From Podarcis erhardii (taxonomy: Eukaryota), in NCBI GenBank assembly GCA_964252035.1, contig OZ176201.1: a stretch of DNA of 64,000 nucleotides; one strand, written 5' to 3'. The position numbers and the translations under genes were made by a program. Positions 37,501 through 52,400 of this stretch are shown here, piece after piece (the stretch's first letter is position 1; every line of letters begins with the position of its first letter). A model generated the notes under the pieces. That model ran no database searches, had not been told where the DNA came from, and was given only the letters and a program-made list of their open reading frames with translations.

Positions 37501-40360
37501 GGTCAGTCAGGGTGGCTGTACTATGTCAGCAGGGAATTAGGGAAGGCAGAAAAACTAAGAAAGCTGAAAAAACTAAGAAAACTAAGAAAGCCAGGTGGAT
37601 GGACTAAAAGGGAGTTGGTAGGCACCACCAATCAGCTGATTGTCAGGACTTGCATAACACTGTGCACTGAAACCCTGATGCCCATTGGGCCTTTTGTGTG
37701 CAGTGCCACACGAAAAAGGTCACCTGACAATGTGGCACCAGGTGATTGACAGGTGAGGTGGGGGATATAAGGATTTGGGCTGTCAGTTGGATCTAGTTCC
37801 CCACCCCTGACTTAGGGGCGTGAAGGTCACTTAGAGTGTTGTAGGCTCTCATAGAATCATACAGTTGGAAGAGACCACAAGGGCCATCGAGTCCAACCCC
37901 CTGCCAAGCAGGAAACAGTCCATGTCTGCCTGCAGGAGACACCCATACAAGATGTAAGAAGGAATCAGGACAGCAAACATGATTAAGAGTTTCACGACAC
38001 TAACAAATTTATTATGTCACCAGCTTTTGTGGATCAGAGTCCACAAGTGTCGTTACCCAGAATTCCTGAAAGCAGGAAAGTGTGTGAAACAGGTTTGCAG
38101 TATTTTGTAGTGGGTGCTGGAAGAGCTGAATTCAGCTCCCCCCAGGTGAAACCTTGTACTTAGACATGAAAACTCAGTAGTGGACTTGAACACATCCACT
38201 GCTCTTATACTTAGTTATCCACTCAAAGATAGTAACGGCAGGAATCTACTTCCAAAGTTCTTTGGAAAAGAGCTACAGAGCAATTAATGAGGATCAGCCA
38301 TGTTTTAAGGGATGTGCAGCACTATAGCACTGGGCACTTACTTGTCCCTGTCCAAGAGAAATTGCAGATAGTTTCTTAGAAAACTTCATTTCTTCAGCAA
38401 ATTTATAGAGATCAGCAGCTGGGTCTGTGCCGGGAGAGAGGACGAAGATAAGAGGGGTAGTAGCGGCAGATTCCTTAAACACCACAGAGAGGTTTGCAGT
38501 CTGAAATGGGAATAAAGGCGGAATTTTTCTATTAAGCACTGGTAGTAGACAACGGAGAAGATATTTGCTCAGAGTCAGTGCACAGCGTTTCCCCGTCTTA
38601 TGCTTTGCTATCTAGTGTTGGGAATAAGGCCATGGCTAGACTTGAGAAAGAAGGCGGCAGGATGAGACAGTATGAGGTGATGGTTTTGCCAAACATCTAT
38701 CTGCTCACCCTTCCTACCACCCACGCTCAACTGCTGGTAGCTACCTGAGGCTCAATGAAGGTCTGCCCCAAGTTGGCAGCCACAAAGTCCTGCATTGCAT
38801 TGGTGACTTTGTCCCCTCGCAGGCAACGGAGGACCAGCAACTTCTGGAAGGCATCTAACTTGGCGTCCCACAGGCCAGGCAGATGCTCCCTGCAAGAGAG
38901 GAAAGGGCTGTGTCAGGTTTTCACATTTCACACTGAAAATGTAACAGGCATAGGGCAAGACGACAGGCTTCTCAGAGTGGATTTCATGTGGTAACTATAA
39001 TGGGATCAATCTTTGTGAAAGATCACTTGATGGCTGTGCTCTAGCTCCACTACTGGAGGCAATATGCCTCCATACACCAGATTCTAGGAATCATAGGTGA
39101 GCAAAATGCTGTTACACTCAGGTCCTGCTCGGGAGTTTCCATAGCATCTGGTTGGCCACTGTGAGAACAGGATGCTGGACTAGCTGGGCCTTTGGCCTGA
39201 GCCAGCAGGGCTCTTCTGATGTTTTTAAGGGGCTGGCAAGGTCAGTAACAAATGTCTAGCCATTTTCTGGGCAGAATTACCACTGGCAAGCAGTGGGGGT
39301 GAGGGATGGGGAAGGGGGGGGCACAGCCAAACAAAAAACAGTACAGGACCTACAACCCTACTGGAAACTGAAGGGGAAATGTCACCTGTGAGGTTCTGCG
39401 CTGTCAAAAATTGCTCGGAAACCATTCAGATTTGCCACAAAATCATCTGCAAAGCTGGAAAAATTGTGTAGGTTGGTCAAGGCCAAGATATCATTCCATG
39501 CTCTTTCGTATAACCATGCAGGAGCTGGATTATCCCGCATGGTCTTAACTGCACCACCAGAAATTAGGTATCGCCATTCATCCTGAATGTAAAAAAATCG
39601 CAAATAATAAGACAGGAAGAATTAGACTTTCTGCTTGTGAAATTTCCTTCCATGAACCATGGCCAGAAGTGCCAATGTATGGAGGTGTTCACCTCTCTGG
39701 CCCACAGATGGCAGGCTTGTCAAAATGTTTGCAGACTCTTGACGAGGGACCAGTCAGCATGATAAATTGTCAGGCGGGGCAACCATCACTTCCATAAGGT
39801 ATGTTTGTGAGGACAGTTCTGCACTGGTCACAGGTTTAAGAACAAAGGTATGTAATACTGCTCCCCCTTCCCAGAAACGTAACTTTCAGTGACACTACTT
39901 AAGTTTGTTAAGGATGCTGGGATTTGTAGTTCTACAGTTCCCAGTATTCTTTTTTTTGGGGGGGGGGAGGTCATGTGCTTTAAATGTGTGTTGGATGTGC
40001 CTTAGTGTATGGAATGGATTTGCCCCAGGAATATATGTCTGGAAGCACACCGTAGCAGTAGCTCTACAAATTGCAACTGCTGTGGGGAACACAAACATTA
40101 CATGGATGTTTTCTGCAGCAAACAGATGCTCCTCTGCTCAGGTAAAGGGAACTGGGTGCTTGTCACTTCTCTTTTCCATCTGAAACAGCCTCCCATATTC
40201 CTTCCCAAGGGTCACCCAGCCACCTCACCCCTATAATAGATTTTCAGGAAGTTCATGGAGCCGCAGAAGGAAAGGGAAGGTGGGAATGCCTCATTTCATG
40301 AATTCTGTTCCATTCACAGAAAGAGAGATAGGATCAAGTTAGCAGGTGGTTGTCACACAC

Positions 40361-40417
<57 letters not shown>

Positions 40418-43400
40418 GCACACCTGGCGTAATCAGGTGTCCCAGATGCCTGTATCTGAACATTCTGTGCCACCAGTGAAACACAGGGTGGTGCCTTCAA
40501 CCAATTTTAATAGGTGATGCTGCATTTTATCAATGGGCTATGCTTTAAGACATGTTTGTTGTACACTGCGTAGTTACATGCTTTGAAAAGCAGTCTCATA
40601 GCAGTTCATGATCGTACAGATACTTGCTTAAAAGGGTCCGAGGACATAGTTTCACTGACCATGTCTATTTTGCCTTCATTCATCATGATCCGGATGCAGA
40701 CCAGAAATGCAAACATGAGCTTATGCTTCTCAAAGAGGCTCCGACACACATTGCTGTAGAGGCTGAAGGTGAGGTACTTATTGATATTTGCTATTCGCTT
40801 CTTTAGGGTGTCTGAAAATAAGAAATCACAAAATAACAATGCAGACAGCGAGTAGGAGGAAATGACCCACAATATTCCCATATGCTTTAGCACTGTGTTC
40901 ATTATTCAAGAGGCCTTAGGCCTGCACTAGTGAGCCAGAAAAACTTCTCATGCCTCCTGTCTGGTGCTGGCATACCGAACACTGCCTGAAGAAATAAAAA
41001 CTGCTAGGATGGCTGAAGGCCATTTAAAAGCCAAGTGCTTTGCACTGATAAGGATACCAAGTTAAAAGCTAGTGCTTTAAAATAATTCTCTCATACAGAG
41101 CTTGACAGTAGAACAATTTAGATATGGTGAGGGAAGGGCAGACGGCATCAGGAACACCCACATCTCTGGATTACATACTAGTTCTACAGCATAAATGGCT
41201 GAATGTTGCCACCAGCATCACCTGAAATGATGACCATCTATAGATTCAGTAAAGTGGATTTTTTTCCTGAACCCCATACAGAAATAATCTAGGATCAAGC
41301 TGAAGTTCATTGAGATTCTGCAACTCTGGCAATAAACTAGTAGGGGCTGATTATGATCCATAATGAGTAGATGTACTCTTAAAAGGTTTGTGTGCCAATT
41401 TTATTCCAGCACTGAGCTCTACTGGATATTGAAGTGCAAGGATGAACAAATCTCCAGTCCTTCAAAAGTCTGAACATCTTCCAGAAGAACTGCAAGACCA
41501 CCTATTAATTTTGGGATGGCTTGTAACAAACATAATGGGATATAGCATTTGGGATCACCAATACATTATATTTTTACTTAGGTGAGGTTACTATCCTAAG
41601 GCTAACAACTTTACTATGCAAACATAATACTTTAGAAACTCTGAACATTCGGACTATGAAATTGTCGTTTTAGTGTTGATCAGAGTATGGCCCCTTCCAA
41701 CTCTACAATTCTATAGTTCTAAGTGAGACACGGAGGGGTTTGGGATGGGATTCTCTTCACACACAGCACATTATCAGAGGTACCTGCTCTCTCAGCGTTT
41801 GCAATTCCTGTCAGAAATATGTTGAGGAACCATTCCAATGAATACTGGTACATGGGATCGACATTGGCCAAGTCTGAGACACAGAAGAAGAGAATCTGGG
41901 TGCGGACAGCCACAGGCACATACTCCAGCCGGGTGATGTCAATATCCTTCTCTGTCTGTTCAGCTACCTTCACTTTGGCCTGCAGGAGATTCAAGACCGA
42001 GACAAAATGCACCATTCCATATTAAGTCAAAACAAACAGCTGACAGGCTGCAGTGGAAGTGCAGATTAGTCACCAACCTGAATCTCCCCCGCTTTTAGTT
42101 TGGATGCCTCCAACACTTTGATAAGCTCCAGATCATCAACAGGGTTCCCCTCAGAAGAGCTCAAGCGGTACAGGATCTGATCTTCTATCTCCTTCAGCTC
42201 CTGTCGCATCTTGGCATTACTGACAATCAATTGGTTCTTGGCCTCTTCCAAGTCAGGCCGCTCTTCAGCTACCACTTGGCCTAGCAGCTGATCCTCTAAG
42301 CCACTGTAAAAAGAACAGAAGTAACCACACATATTACAATTTGAACAACAAAGGGTCATATGGAATCTTCATGTTCTATTAGAGCTTGGTTTCAGACTTT
42401 CCCCAGCCGCAAACTGCATGCCTAGCAGGGCTCAAATTCACAGTTCCATCTATCAAGATTGATGGGATGCAACTTCTGTCTCAGAACTACAGGTGGGGAA
42501 AAGCAGCTGACATGATTAAGCCCAAGGAGAGTATCAGAACACTTGCTGGCATCAGCAATGAAAAGTAGAGCTGGTGTTACCTGGGGGATAGGGTGAAGTT
42601 AATCAGCGTAAGCTTGGTGGACAGCTCTGGTGTGTAGTGGGGATTAGGTAGGTTGGTGGTGATGTACATCTTGAAGTCCTCATGGTATGGAATGATTGTG
42701 TCTCCCAGCTTCAACACTGTGCTACCTTGCTGCTTATAGGTCTGTATATCAGGAAAACAAGTAAAAAGAAGAAGCAACAAACATCTGTGCAAACAAAAGA
42801 GACACAATTCTGTAACACATAGTAACACAACTTTCATAGCCAACTCTGCCCAACAAATTCATGTTATTGAGAGTGTACGGATAGTGTGGCTTGGGATGGG
42901 TAAAAGTAGATGGTAATGGTGAGGCCAGAATGGATTTTTGCATAATTTCTGGGCTAGTATCAGTCTACAACCAGAAGACAAATTTGCACGTCTCGGCATC
43001 AAAGCTGCTTCCTAGTCCCAGTTGGTCCAGCATATCAACACATATTAACAAGCATTTCTCTTTCCTTCATTTTATGGATGATAACAGGGGAACAGCAGCT
43101 AATAGAGGTAAAACCAGCAGTCAGGGGAAGAAGTAAGCCTTCTCCACCCAAAGCTTCTCAACTACAAATCTGCACCTTTGTAACCCCAATTCACACAGAA
43201 GATGCCAGTTCTTAAAGATGAAAGGCATTCCAACATTAGAGTAGCCCCTTGACTCAGTGCTGACAGCAGAAAAGTTGCCAGTGCCTGCTAATACTTTATC
43301 AAACAGGCACAGACAAATCAGAGGCACCTGTTTTAGCAGGACAGGTTCAAGGGCCGGATCCAGTTCTTCACCAACATTCTCCAGTAGGAACGGCTTTCCA

Positions 43401-46400
43401 AAACGAATGGCATTCTCCAAGCTGCGCAGGAAGTCCCGATCACTGAGCTTAGATGTATCTAACCCACTATCTCTCTCCTGAAAAACAGAGAAGGTGCAGA
43501 CAAACTCAGTACAGGTGATAAGTGGGGGCCTGCTTGTGTGAATGTGGAACAACAAATGGAAAATTGATTAAAAGAAACATGGGGTGGGGGTGGAGAAATC
43601 TTGAGTATAAGAATCCACTTTGTTAATAAATTGAACACAGCGAACACCCAGACCTGCGACTCTACAATGTGTGAAAGCAACCAAAAGGAACACTTGTGTG
43701 ATAACCACTTTCTCTGCTCATATTTCTTCATGATAACAGTTCAATGCCCCGTTCTGCTTTTGCTTTTTGATCACGGTTTTTCACATTGCAAAATCAATAC
43801 TCAGAATTGGCAGCTGAACCTTCAAACCCATGAAGTTTGGTTTTCTGCTTTAAAATTCTTAAACCATATTTCCATCATTTCATGAAGGAAAGAGCAGAAT
43901 CTTTTTTAAATAGTAATAATAAGATAATCAGAAGATTCAGATAACAAGGGTGTATTTTTTTTACATTTGCATTTATAGTTTGCAAACTGGGAATTTTAAC
44001 AGTGAGATGTAAACAACATGCTTTTATAGGAACTGAGATGTAAACAACATGCTTTTATAGGAACAGAACTTCAATCTCAGAGATAGGATGGGGTACCAAA
44101 TCCCCTGGTACCACTGAACTGGATTAATGACTTTGCAGAAGCAGAAGCCCTTACCAAGTTTTTTATCCATTTGTTGGCTTGTCCCTGGGGGTCTATGAAG
44201 AGAGTCCAGCGCTGAGAGAACTGAGTTATCATTCCATTCTCCACAGATAATGTATCATTGGGTAGACCTGCAATCTGAATAAGAACACGTCATTTTAACA
44301 GTAAGCACAAATTCTGGGTACTCTGCCCCTAAACAAAACTGCACTGGCAATAACATATGGTCTGCAGCAAGGAAAATGAATTTATGTAACCTGTGCAAAA
44401 TATGTCAATCAAGCAAATTTTCCATAATTTAAACTTCTGCTAGCGGAGGAGAGGACAAGGTGAGGTGTGCAGTGCAACCCATTGTATAGTTATTCTGTGA
44501 TTCACTTCTTCTTGAGTTTTGTCTACAATGGAATTAGGGCCCGGGAAACCAAAGCCATGTCCACATAGCTAGGATTCAGCCCCACAAGTTATTCAAAGCA
44601 TGGGAACACATTTCAAAACAATTCAGTCAGTGTATACTGTTAAAATTACCTGCCAAGATCGGATTTTCACTGGGTCTCCAAGTGTGCCTATCAGGTTTGG
44701 TTCTTTCGTGTGTGGAACATTATACGTCTCAAGCTTACTTATCCATTCATCATAAAGTGAATTGCGGTATTGACCCTGCAAAGGAAAACTATGCACTGAT
44801 CTTAAATCAGTATTACAGTTAGCTAAATTAGGCCAACATGCTGAAAAAGAGAATTGAAGCCCACATGCTTAGCTGTTCCAATGGATTGTCTAGCATCTTG
44901 TTCACACAGTAGCCAACAACATACCTATAGGAAGCTCATGGGACATGAGTGCAACAGCACTCTCCCCACTTGTGCTCCCAGGCAACTGGTATTCAGCAGT
45001 TCATCACTGGTTGGCGCAGTGGGGTGATGCTGAGGAGCCATCCTCCCAATGCTGGTGTTGCTGCTGTTTACAGCGTGGTGATGGGACAAGGCAATGGTGA
45101 GGTTGGGGCTACTCTGGTGCTCCTGCTGGGGAGCCTGTGAAGCCCCAGTTCTGCTGCTATCCTGCCCCTGCACTGACCTGTTAAGTGGCAGAAATGCTGG
45201 TGTCAGGAGGGCGGTTCTGCAGCGCAGCCCACCGTGCAAACCACTTCTGTACGCAGCCATCGTGACTAGTAGCCACTGACTGCTTTCTCCTTCATGGATT
45301 TATCAACATCTCTTTCAATACCACCCAAGTTGGTGGCCTTTACTGCATCACATGGTGGTGAAAGAGAACTTCCTTTGGTCTTTCCTAAATTGTCCAACAT
45401 ACAGCTTCATTGGGTGACTCTGGGTTCAAGTATTAAGAGAGAAGGAGAAAGAATTCTCTCTATCCACTTTCATCTACACCCTGGATAATTTTCTATACTT
45501 CTATCATGCCCTACTCCTTACTTGTATGTTTTTTTCTAAACTGAACTGTTCCAGCCCCTTCTTATTTTGGTTTCCCTTTTCTGCACCTTTTCCAGGTCTA
45601 CAATAGTCTTCTTGAGATGAAGCAATGAGAACTGTACATAATAGTCCATGTGTGACTGCACATCAATTTTTATAAGGGCATTATGATATTGGAAATTTTA
45701 TTTTCACTCCCTTCCCTAAATGAGCCCGAATATGGAATTCCTCTTTTTATATTGGGTTGGCATTTTCGTTAATCTATCTACCTTGACAAAGAATTATTTC
45801 CTGGACAGTGACCGCCAATTCAGGCCCCACTAGCACATAGGTGAAGTTAGGTTTTTAAAAACCCAATATGCATCACTTTATACTTGTTAACTATCAATTG
45901 CACTGGCTGTTTCTCTTGTGGGACAGATTTAGTAAGTAGGAGAGGATGTATTAATTACAATTATCATTCCAGTCTCCCCATGTGTTTGGGATTTAAACGT
46001 TTAGAATAATCAGCTTAGCGTTTGCACTTAGAAACCTAGCTGGTCAGAGTTTCAGATTACTATCCCTTGGCAGAAAAAATAAAAGCTAAGGAAAGGCTGC
46101 AAAACCTATTTAAATCCAGTTTTGAAGCAAGCTCGCTTCCCCCTTTTTAGTTACCACACTTGGAAAAATAATCAAAACAAAAACTGTAAAGTAAGTTAAA
46201 AATAGCGCTTACTTAAAGTCTTGCACTCATTTTCAACAAACACCAGCAAAAACAATGCAGGTAAAAATACTTCTAGGTTACAAAATTCATAGTTAAATTA
46301 TAAGATTCAACTATGTCAGCACATGGGGAGAACACAGACAGACAACTATCTCCATCAAAAGCATGGTGCAAAAGGACAAAGAGAGAGAGAGAGCAACATA

Positions 46401-49400
46401 TGTCTGATTTCTTCCTGCCACTGGAAACAGGGGAAATGACATCACACAGAGCTCTCTCTCCACCAGTTACATTCCTATGGTCTAAGACTGCCCATTTAGT
46501 AATTAATAGCTCTGTGGCCATTGGCCCCCAGACTTACTAATTAACAAGAATATGCACTGTTAGATTTTGACTGCAACTATCCCAGTTTCAACCCTTGTAT
46601 GTTTGACAATTCAGCACTATGCCACTATGGTTTAGCTACAATGTGGGATGCAGCAAGAATTTGACCCAGAAACATATTTTCTCTTGGGGAACTTATTCTG
46701 AACCAGAACTAAATCAAGACACTGATCAGGTATTCTGGAAAATAAAATATTTTTCCTACTCACTGTAAAAGGGCCCATGTATGCTATAAAGCCAGCTGAA
46801 GCCAACACATCCCCTGCAATGTTGTTAATCATATAATCCAGGTTCTGGACTGTTTCCTGCCAGCGTATCCTTTCATCAGCCAGGCCATTAATCAACTGGA
46901 GAAAAGAAAGATTGACATTAGTTTCTTTCTCAAAGAAGCTCCACCAAACCCCAGCAGAAAATGCCGCAGGAAAACAGTGACTGGGACTGCCTACCTAAGC
47001 CCAACTACTGATATATGGGAAATGAAAAAGCAGATTTGACACCCTGCTGTGATTAAGGCCACAAAATTACTATCGATGAGGATATGGCAAACTTACTCGG
47101 GCGGACATAATTGTCAGAAGAAATTGGTGGTTTTACTAGTATTCCCCCCCCCCCCAAGTTTCTGGATTGCAATTTGGAGATTATGTCTGTCTCTTTAATA
47201 GCTCGGCTGATGTGAAACAAAAGAAAGCTGTTTCTTCACCCCCAGTTCTTTCCTTCGGCCTCTGCTCCTGTCTTCCATCTTCCCCAACAAGTGGTAGGTG
47301 AGGCCTGGTGAAGGGAATGGGGGAGGAGAATCCACAGTTGTGGCCGTGGTCCTTACCTTGTCAGCCCGACCCAGTCTCTGCTCACACTGATCACACTTCA
47401 TCTCGAGTTCCTCTTTTGTGGCCAGAGTACCTTGGTATTTGGCCTGCAGGTTGGCAATGCCATCTTCCACCTCTCGAAGACGCTCCTTGGCCTCATCCAG
47501 AATCTTCTGTGTGGCCTGGAGGTCTTCTTCAGCCTCCCTCAAGGCTTGCTGTGGAGAGAGAGAAATTTTTTGTGATTGTCAAGTTCTGCCATAATTCCAA
47601 GGAAAATAATTGTGGTTAGCAGCAATGGGGCAGGCAGAGGCTCCATTCCGTTTTAGGTGTACATGCAATAACTTTGAAGAAGCACTGCTGTAGTTCTTAC
47701 TCGTTTTGGCTCCACAGCTTTTGCCACGAAGTGATACTTATGCATGGCCCTGACCCACTGGCAGATAGATGTGCAGGCTTTGGACACTTTGGCTATGGCT
47801 GCTGGCTGAAATTCGTCACTGTCGATATATGGCTGGATCAACTTAATTACTGAATCTGCAATGTTATCCTGAAAGGGTTAAAGAAGAGATTATGAGTGCT
47901 GGGAGCATCAAGGCCTGAGACATCAGGGGAGTCAGCTGTGAGGCAGAACCAAACCCCATGGCAAAAATTCATCAGTGTGGCAGGCAAAGCATAAACTCCC
48001 AATTGTGCACTCCCTTCTTTGTTTCTAGCTTCAAGCCAAGCTTATGCATTGCTTGTTCATTCCTTCAAGATGGCTTCTATTACTGCAAGGCAATGTGTTT
48101 GGTTTGTGGGCAATACAAGCTATCATTACCTCCTCGAAAAGTGGAAGGAAAGGAAACCATTTATTTTCATCTGCTGGTTCAGGCCAAGAATCAAAAGGTG
48201 AGTAGGCCAAGGAGTGTCCAGTGACTAATCAAAGTCAAAAGGACAACTGAGTATTCCTCGCATCACATCCCTTAATTGGGAACATCAACACTGACATTTG
48301 CTTCATAGCCAGCTTGTGACTACAGATAGATGCATGGTCCATGTTTTACGCAACCTTAACCTGGGAATAAATCGAGCCATTTCCTCCCTAAATTGGGAAG
48401 TGGAATGAACTTGACCCTCTTTCCCCATTTCACAGCCAGGGATTGCTTGCACACCTCCCAGATCCCTGGCTGTCAAATGACAGCTTTGTGTGGCCAGGAG
48501 AACTCTCCCCTGGCTAAGGGAAGCATCTGGGGCAAGCAGGCTTCACCTTGTAAAACCCTTTAGCCTGAAGGATTCTCTGCAGATATAAGGTGTTTATTTC
48601 CACCAGCAGTTTCACTGGGTGTGGCTTCTTTCAACCCCTCTGTTTAACTGTTTAATTGCTACATTTAATGGAATAAGGTACTATAAAGGGGCTGCACCTC
48701 CTAAGAAATGTGGGGTGGTTGGTCTCCAACAGGGGCTATACCTGTGAAAATTAATCTTAGGGGCAGGAGACTACTGGAGCAACAGGGTCTCCTGTGAGTA
48801 GTGGCATTTCTGCATAAAATCATTTTTCAGGTGCATCTTTTCAAAGCAGCCCTGATGGGCATCAATGGAGATGACTGCTTTGAAAGATTTCACTGTCACC
48901 AAATGCTTCCTTGCCAGGAAAAGCCCTTGCCGAACTTCTCCTGGCTGTGTTTTTGGGATTTGTGGCATGGGTGGGAGGATATTAAGCCAGGAGTTCTTGT
49001 CTCCCTTGGATTTTAATCTACTCTGAGGATTTGCAAGGATGGCTGCTTCTCTGAAACGCACACCGTGAGACCCTGGAGCTCATATCCAGGCTTGAGCCAA
49101 AAGAAAATAAAGCGGGGAAATGGTAGATGCCTCCTCCCTCCCTCCCTCCCTGCCAAATACGTCAGATTAGGTGAGGTTGTTAGGGGAAGAAAAAGGGGCA
49201 TCCTAGAAATCCCTACCCAGAGATGTAGCATATTGGATGTATTATTTCTCTGAAATATACGCCCATTAACTAATTAAATTGAGCTTTACTAGCGTGAACC
49301 AAAAAGCTATGAGAGAAAAGCATTTGATTGACTAGATGGCAAGCTTAAGTCCCACAATTATGCCAGCTACACTAGTACTTAGGCTTGCCCTTTTTCTTTT

Positions 49401-52400
49401 TTACTAGCCCTTGCTCCTGAGCTTTTAATAACAACTCCCTCTGTAGACTTTAGCAGACGAAAAGTTTATTCCCATGCCAGGAAGTGCTTCGCCTGCTGTT
49501 GCTTCCAGATCAAGCTGTTGCTAAAAGCACAGGAGAAGCCAAGGCCGTTTTATTCTGGTCAGTTGGATGGGAGGAGCATGGAAGAGAGAGAATGACTGAC
49601 TGACTGACTGACTACTATGGTACTTACCTTATCATATTTAAACAAGCTTTCAAGAAATTTCCCTGGGTCCTGAAGAAGGACTTTGCCAGGTTCCCAATAG
49701 TCATCTAACTTGGAACCTAGTTTCTCTCCTGCCACTTTCTTGGGCTTGATACCCTTCATAATGCAGACAGCTTCAATCACCATCTTCACTCCAAGTGGAG
49801 GACGCTGCATCGCTCGCACCTAGTTGAAAACATGGGGGAAAGAAGTGGATCAGTAATTCAGTATAATGTCACATCTGCTGGAGGGCATTCCTAACTATCC
49901 TGGACTTCAGTACTGAGGCATGGAATAAATCAAGATTACAAAATGGTCTTTAAAAGAGCACCAACAGTCATAAAGCTGAGTGCCCTTTCTCTGATCATTG
50001 CCATTGTTTATAACACGCTATCCATGTACACAACACTTTACAAACAAAGAAATGATAGGTCCCTGCCCCCAAGGGGCTTACTGTCTACAAACTGACACAA
50101 GGAAGACAACAAAGGAAGGGGTAAAAGGGGCAAGAATATGATATTACTTCAGTGACATGTATTTAAGCTTAGTTATAATGGGGGCATGAGGACTAGTGGG
50201 GTTCTGCTAAAGGCTACATGGAAAAGTAGGAGGGGTTTGAAGATAGGATGGCATCATGGGGACATTCTGGGAGGCTGCAAAGAGCAAAAGACCTTTGGGC
50301 AGCAGAGGGTGGCAGAGAGGGACAAGTGAAGATTACAGGCAGGAATGCATCAGGATATATGAATGAAGAGGGGTAAGGGACCATGCGGATAACTGAATAG
50401 GTAAGAAGTCTAGGAACTTAAGGAAGTGTATCATGTGGCCATCATTATAAGAGAGTTGAATGCTTTTTGACAACCAAGTGCTGGACTGAGGTGAGGGGAA
50501 CAAAAATGAGGCAAGATGCTGAGAAAAGTTTGCAGTGATTAAGATGCAAGATGACCAGGGCCTGAATCAGCTTTTGCCAAGATGTCAGAAAGAAAAGGAC
50601 CAAGGGAAAGAGTGAGAGTGTGTTGTACCTTTTCAACAGGGTAGGTGGTGGTGTTATCAACGAATACAGATAGTGTGAGGGGGCTGGGACAAATGATGAG
50701 AAGTTTGCTATTGGATGTAATGAATTTGAGACAACAATGGAACTACCAAAAAGAAATAACCAGTGAAGTACTTGTACATGTGACATCAGATGAAAGGGGG
50801 AAATTTTAGGATAGCGAGGGAGAACTGGGCATTAGCAGCACACAGGTGGTACTTAAAGCCACTCTACAATGTGTGTAGAGGAAGAACAGCAGAAAGGCAA
50901 GAATAGGAACCACAACACAGAAGGAAAGTAGGAGAAGAGCTTTCTTGTATGAAAATGCTAAAAGAGCAATTAGGCATGTAGGAAAAGAATTCATGGAGGG
51001 CAGAATCATGGAAACTTAGGGCAAAAGGGGAGCCAAGCAAGAGAGAGTGATTAATTTGAAAGGGAGAATAGAGGTCAAGGGGAGTGAGGACTAAATAGAG
51101 ACCTTTGAATTTGGTAGGGAGGAGGTGGTCAGTGATTTTGGTAGGTACAGTTGAAGAGGTGAAAAGATTTGCAGAAGAGAAAACTGAGATACCAGAAGTA
51201 CACAGCATACTCCAGTAGTCTGCAAATTGCAGCTAGATGCGAAATTGGACAAGAGATTTTTTTTTAGACTAGTGGAAAGGATAGAATCCAAAGTAACACT
51301 GAGTGAACATTCTGTCAGCTTAAGGAATTCTACTTGTGCAGTTGAATTTTTTCTCCTCCCTCCCACACACCCCTTAAATCTATTCTAGGGGTTTCCCAGC
51401 CCCATGAAGCAGAATTGGAAGGGGCATGGAGTGTGTGCGGGGGGGGGGGGGGAGAAGGGGACAAGTTCCACTGCACAAGCAGACAGGATGGGCTTGCTGA
51501 ATACTACCCAGTGGCATGTTTAAATGCAGTCATTTTGAAGGTGTGGTTCTTATTTATTGGGAGGAGATGATAGCTGCCCTGAATATGGCTGCTTCTTTAG
51601 GTTTGAAACACCACCTACTTAGGTTTGATTTACACATGCCTAGTGGCATGAGGAAAAAGGAAGACTGGGTTCATAAACCTTTCATAGTGTAGAAAAGAGA
51701 ATTTCAGGACATGAAGTGCAGTAAGTGTCCAAATCCTAGGGTGGCCAGTTGAAAAAGACAAAGCTCCCAAACCTTTAACAGCTATGTAGAAGAGGGATGT
51801 TAGCAACTGCAGCACATAATATAAGCAACACCAGCTGAAAGTCCTCCTTCTACATAACTATTAACGGGGCCCAGTCTTCTTTTTCAGCAGGTAACCCTTT
51901 CAAATGCTGTCTTCTGCATATCCATTAAGGATGCAGGGCCCTGACCTTTTTTGTTGTGCTCAAGTATGAGGAACCTTTGGCTGTTCAGATGATGCAGCTC
52001 CCATCAGCCCCAGCAAGCATGGCCAATGGTTTCTCACATCTGGTCTAGATCACTTAGAGTTGCCTAATTTATGGCACAATCTTAACCATGTCTACTCAGA
52101 AGTAAGCCCTGTTGAATTCTATGGGGCTTACTCCCAGGTAATTGAGGTCAGGACAGTGAGCCTTAGTCTCTCAAAGCTTTATGAGTGAACAATATTGTGC
52201 TTGGCATTATATGAAAACTGTCCCTGTTGTCAGATCTTTGAAGATGGTTTCATGTTTGCAAGTTGTCACTCAATGTCAGAACCACACTGAATGAGAAAAG
52301 AACATTTGTGCTTGAACTTTCCCCGGTTTAGATTATTGTCATACTACCTCTGTGTCGATAAATTGACTAAAGGGTTGCTAAAGAATCGTAAAACAAGGAT

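Noticed and set aside
37548-37592. GAAAAACTAAGAAA short repeats giving [13 protein letters not shown]
   Set aside because: Intronic low-complexity slippage repeat with no splice or coding support.
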